Positions 62,701 through 64,000 of a stretch of 64,000 nucleotides of DNA are shown one piece after another. The DNA is taken from assembly GCF_009914755.1 (NCBI RefSeq), contig NC_060944.1. One strand, given 5' to 3'. The DNA is from the human T2T-CHM13v2.0 reference genome, Homo sapiens. Both the position numbers and the translations under genes were made by a program. Under the pieces are notes generated by a model that saw nothing but the letters and a program-made list of their open reading frames with translations, did not search any database and was not told the DNA's origin. Position 1 is the first letter of the stretch, and each line of letters opens with the position of its first letter.

Positions 62701-64000
62701 CAAAAAGCAGACAGCAGCATTCTCAGAAACTTCTTTGTGATGTTTGCATTCAAGTCACAGAGTTGAACATTCCCTTTCATAGAGCAGGTTTGAAACACTC
62801 TTTTTGTAGTATCTGGATGTGGACATTTGGATCGCTTTCAGGCCTATGGTGAAAAAGGAAATATCTTCCCATGAAAACTAGACAGAAGCATTCTCAGAAA
62901 CTTATTTGTGATGTGTGCCCTCAACTGACAGAGTTGAACCTTTGTTTTGATAGAGCAGTTCTGAAACACACTTTTTGTAAAATCTGCAAGAGGATATTTG
63001 GATAGCTTTGAGGATTTCGTTGGAAACGGGAATGTCTTCATGTAAACTCTAGACAGAAGCATTCTCAGAAACTGCTTTGGGATGTTTCAATTGAAGTCCC
63101 AGTGTTGAACATTCCCTTTCATAGAGCAGGTTTGAAACACTCTTTTTGTACTATCTGGAAGTGGACATTTGGAGCGCTTTCAGGTCTACGGTGAAAAAGG
63201 AGATATCTTCCAATAAAAACTAGATAGAAGCAATGTCAGAACTTTTTTCATGATGTATCTACTCAGCAAACAGAGTTGAACCTTTCTTTTGAGAGAGCAG
63301 TTTTGAAACACTCTTTTTGTGGAATATGCAAGTGGGTATTAGGCCAGCTTGGAGGATTTCGTTGGAAACGGGAATACGTATAAAAAGCAGACAGCAGCAT
63401 TGTCAGAAACTACTTTGTGATGTTTGCATTCAAGTCACAGAATTGAACACTCCCTTTCACAGAGCAGGTTTGAAACACTCTTTTTGTAGTGTCTGTAAGT
63501 GAACATTTGGATTGCTTTCAGGCCTAAGGTGAAAAAGGAAATATCTTCCCATAAAAACTAGACAGAAGCATTCTCAGAAACTTGTTTGTGATGTGTGCCC
63601 TCTACTGACAGAGTTGAACCTTTCTTTGCAAAGAGCAGTTTTGAAACACTCTTTTTGTAGAATCTGCAAGAGGATATTTGGATAGCTTTGAGGATTTCTT
63701 GGGAAACGGGAATGTCTTCAGATAAACTCTAGACAGAAGCATTCTCAGAAACTTCTTTGGGATGTTTCAATTGAAGTCACAGTGTTGAACATTCCCTTTC
63801 ACAGAGCAGGTTTGAAACACTCTTTTTGTAGTGTCTATAAGTGAACATTTGGCGTGCTTTCAGGCCTAACGTGAAAAAGGAAATATCTTCCCATAAAAAC
63901 TAGACAGAAGCATTCTCAGAAACTTGTTCTTGATGTGTCCCCTCTACTGACAGAGTTGAACCTTTCTTTGCAAAGAGCAGCTTTGAAACACTCTTTTTGT
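56756..64000 (+). repeat. HOR copies 22-23 (16-mers) and partial copy 24 (62194-64000, ends in M11)
   Basis: 2719-bp periods, truncated by the window edge. Confidence 0.95.

Larger units (their letters stand above)
1..64000 (+). repeat. Centromeric alpha-satellite HOR array (homogeneous, active-type)
   Basis: Tandem ~171-bp monomers beginning CATTCTCAGAAAC across the entire window; CENP-B box in every second monomer; near-identical 2719-bp period visible in both the sequence and the ORF track (52, 2771, 5490...). No inversion or foreign insertion seen. Confidence 0.99.
1..64000 (+). repeat. D20Z2: Probable identity: human chr20 D20Z2 (S2C20H1L), suprachromosomal family 2, 16-mer HOR
   Basis: Strict A/B dimer alternation with D1/D2-like monomers (GGATTTCGTTGGAAACGGGATTACATATAAAA; GGAGCGCTTTCAGGCCTATGGTGAAAAAGG). 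Among human SF2 live arrays the 16-mer is chr20; the other well-known 2.7-kb 16-mer, D17Z1, is pentameric SF3. From recall, not searched. Confidence 0.85.

Noticed and set aside
52-63502. Recurrent 61-84 aa ORFs on both strands (e.g. RISLETG...QKLLCDVC, MLLSRVYMK)
   Set aside because: Chance translations of alpha satellite, repeating with the HOR period. Many start at non-ATG codons and show no recognisable domain. Used only as markers of SNVs and period.
1-64000. CRISPR-like or repeat-spacer array
   Set aside because: The sequence between conserved motifs is itself repeated; there are no unique spacers and no cas or reverse transcriptase genes.

Overview
The whole 64 kb is one uninterrupted, unidirectional primate centromeric alpha-satellite array, with no genes, RNA genes, CRISPR or mobile elements. 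~171-bp monomers alternate between B-type (CENP-B box, TTTCGTTGGAAACGGGA on +) and A-type (pJ-alpha position), and are organised as a 2719-bp 16-monomer higher-order repeat (HOR). The dimeric SF2-like monomers and 16-mer size best fit the active human chromosome 20 array D20Z2 (S2C20H1L); this is recognition, not a database result. There are 23 complete HOR copies plus a partial one, starting at 1, 2720, 5439, 8158, 10877, 13596, 16315, 19034, 21411, 24130, 26507, 29226, 31945, 34664, 37383, 40102, 42821, 45540, 47917, 50636, 54038, 56756, 59475 and 62194. Monomers are numbered here M1-M16 from position 20 (window-local numbering, not the published one). Structural variants are three 14-mers (2377 bp) with the same M14/M16 junction, one 20-mer (3402 bp, M9-M12 duplicated) and one 2718-bp copy. 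Shared SNVs reveal a recent 5096-bp tandem duplication, 3-HOR periodicities and long-range mosaic copies. All ORFs are satellite artefacts. I found no evidence of a new protein- or RNA-based system; the interest lies in how the array evolves. All variant calls were made by eye and should be confirmed by alignment.
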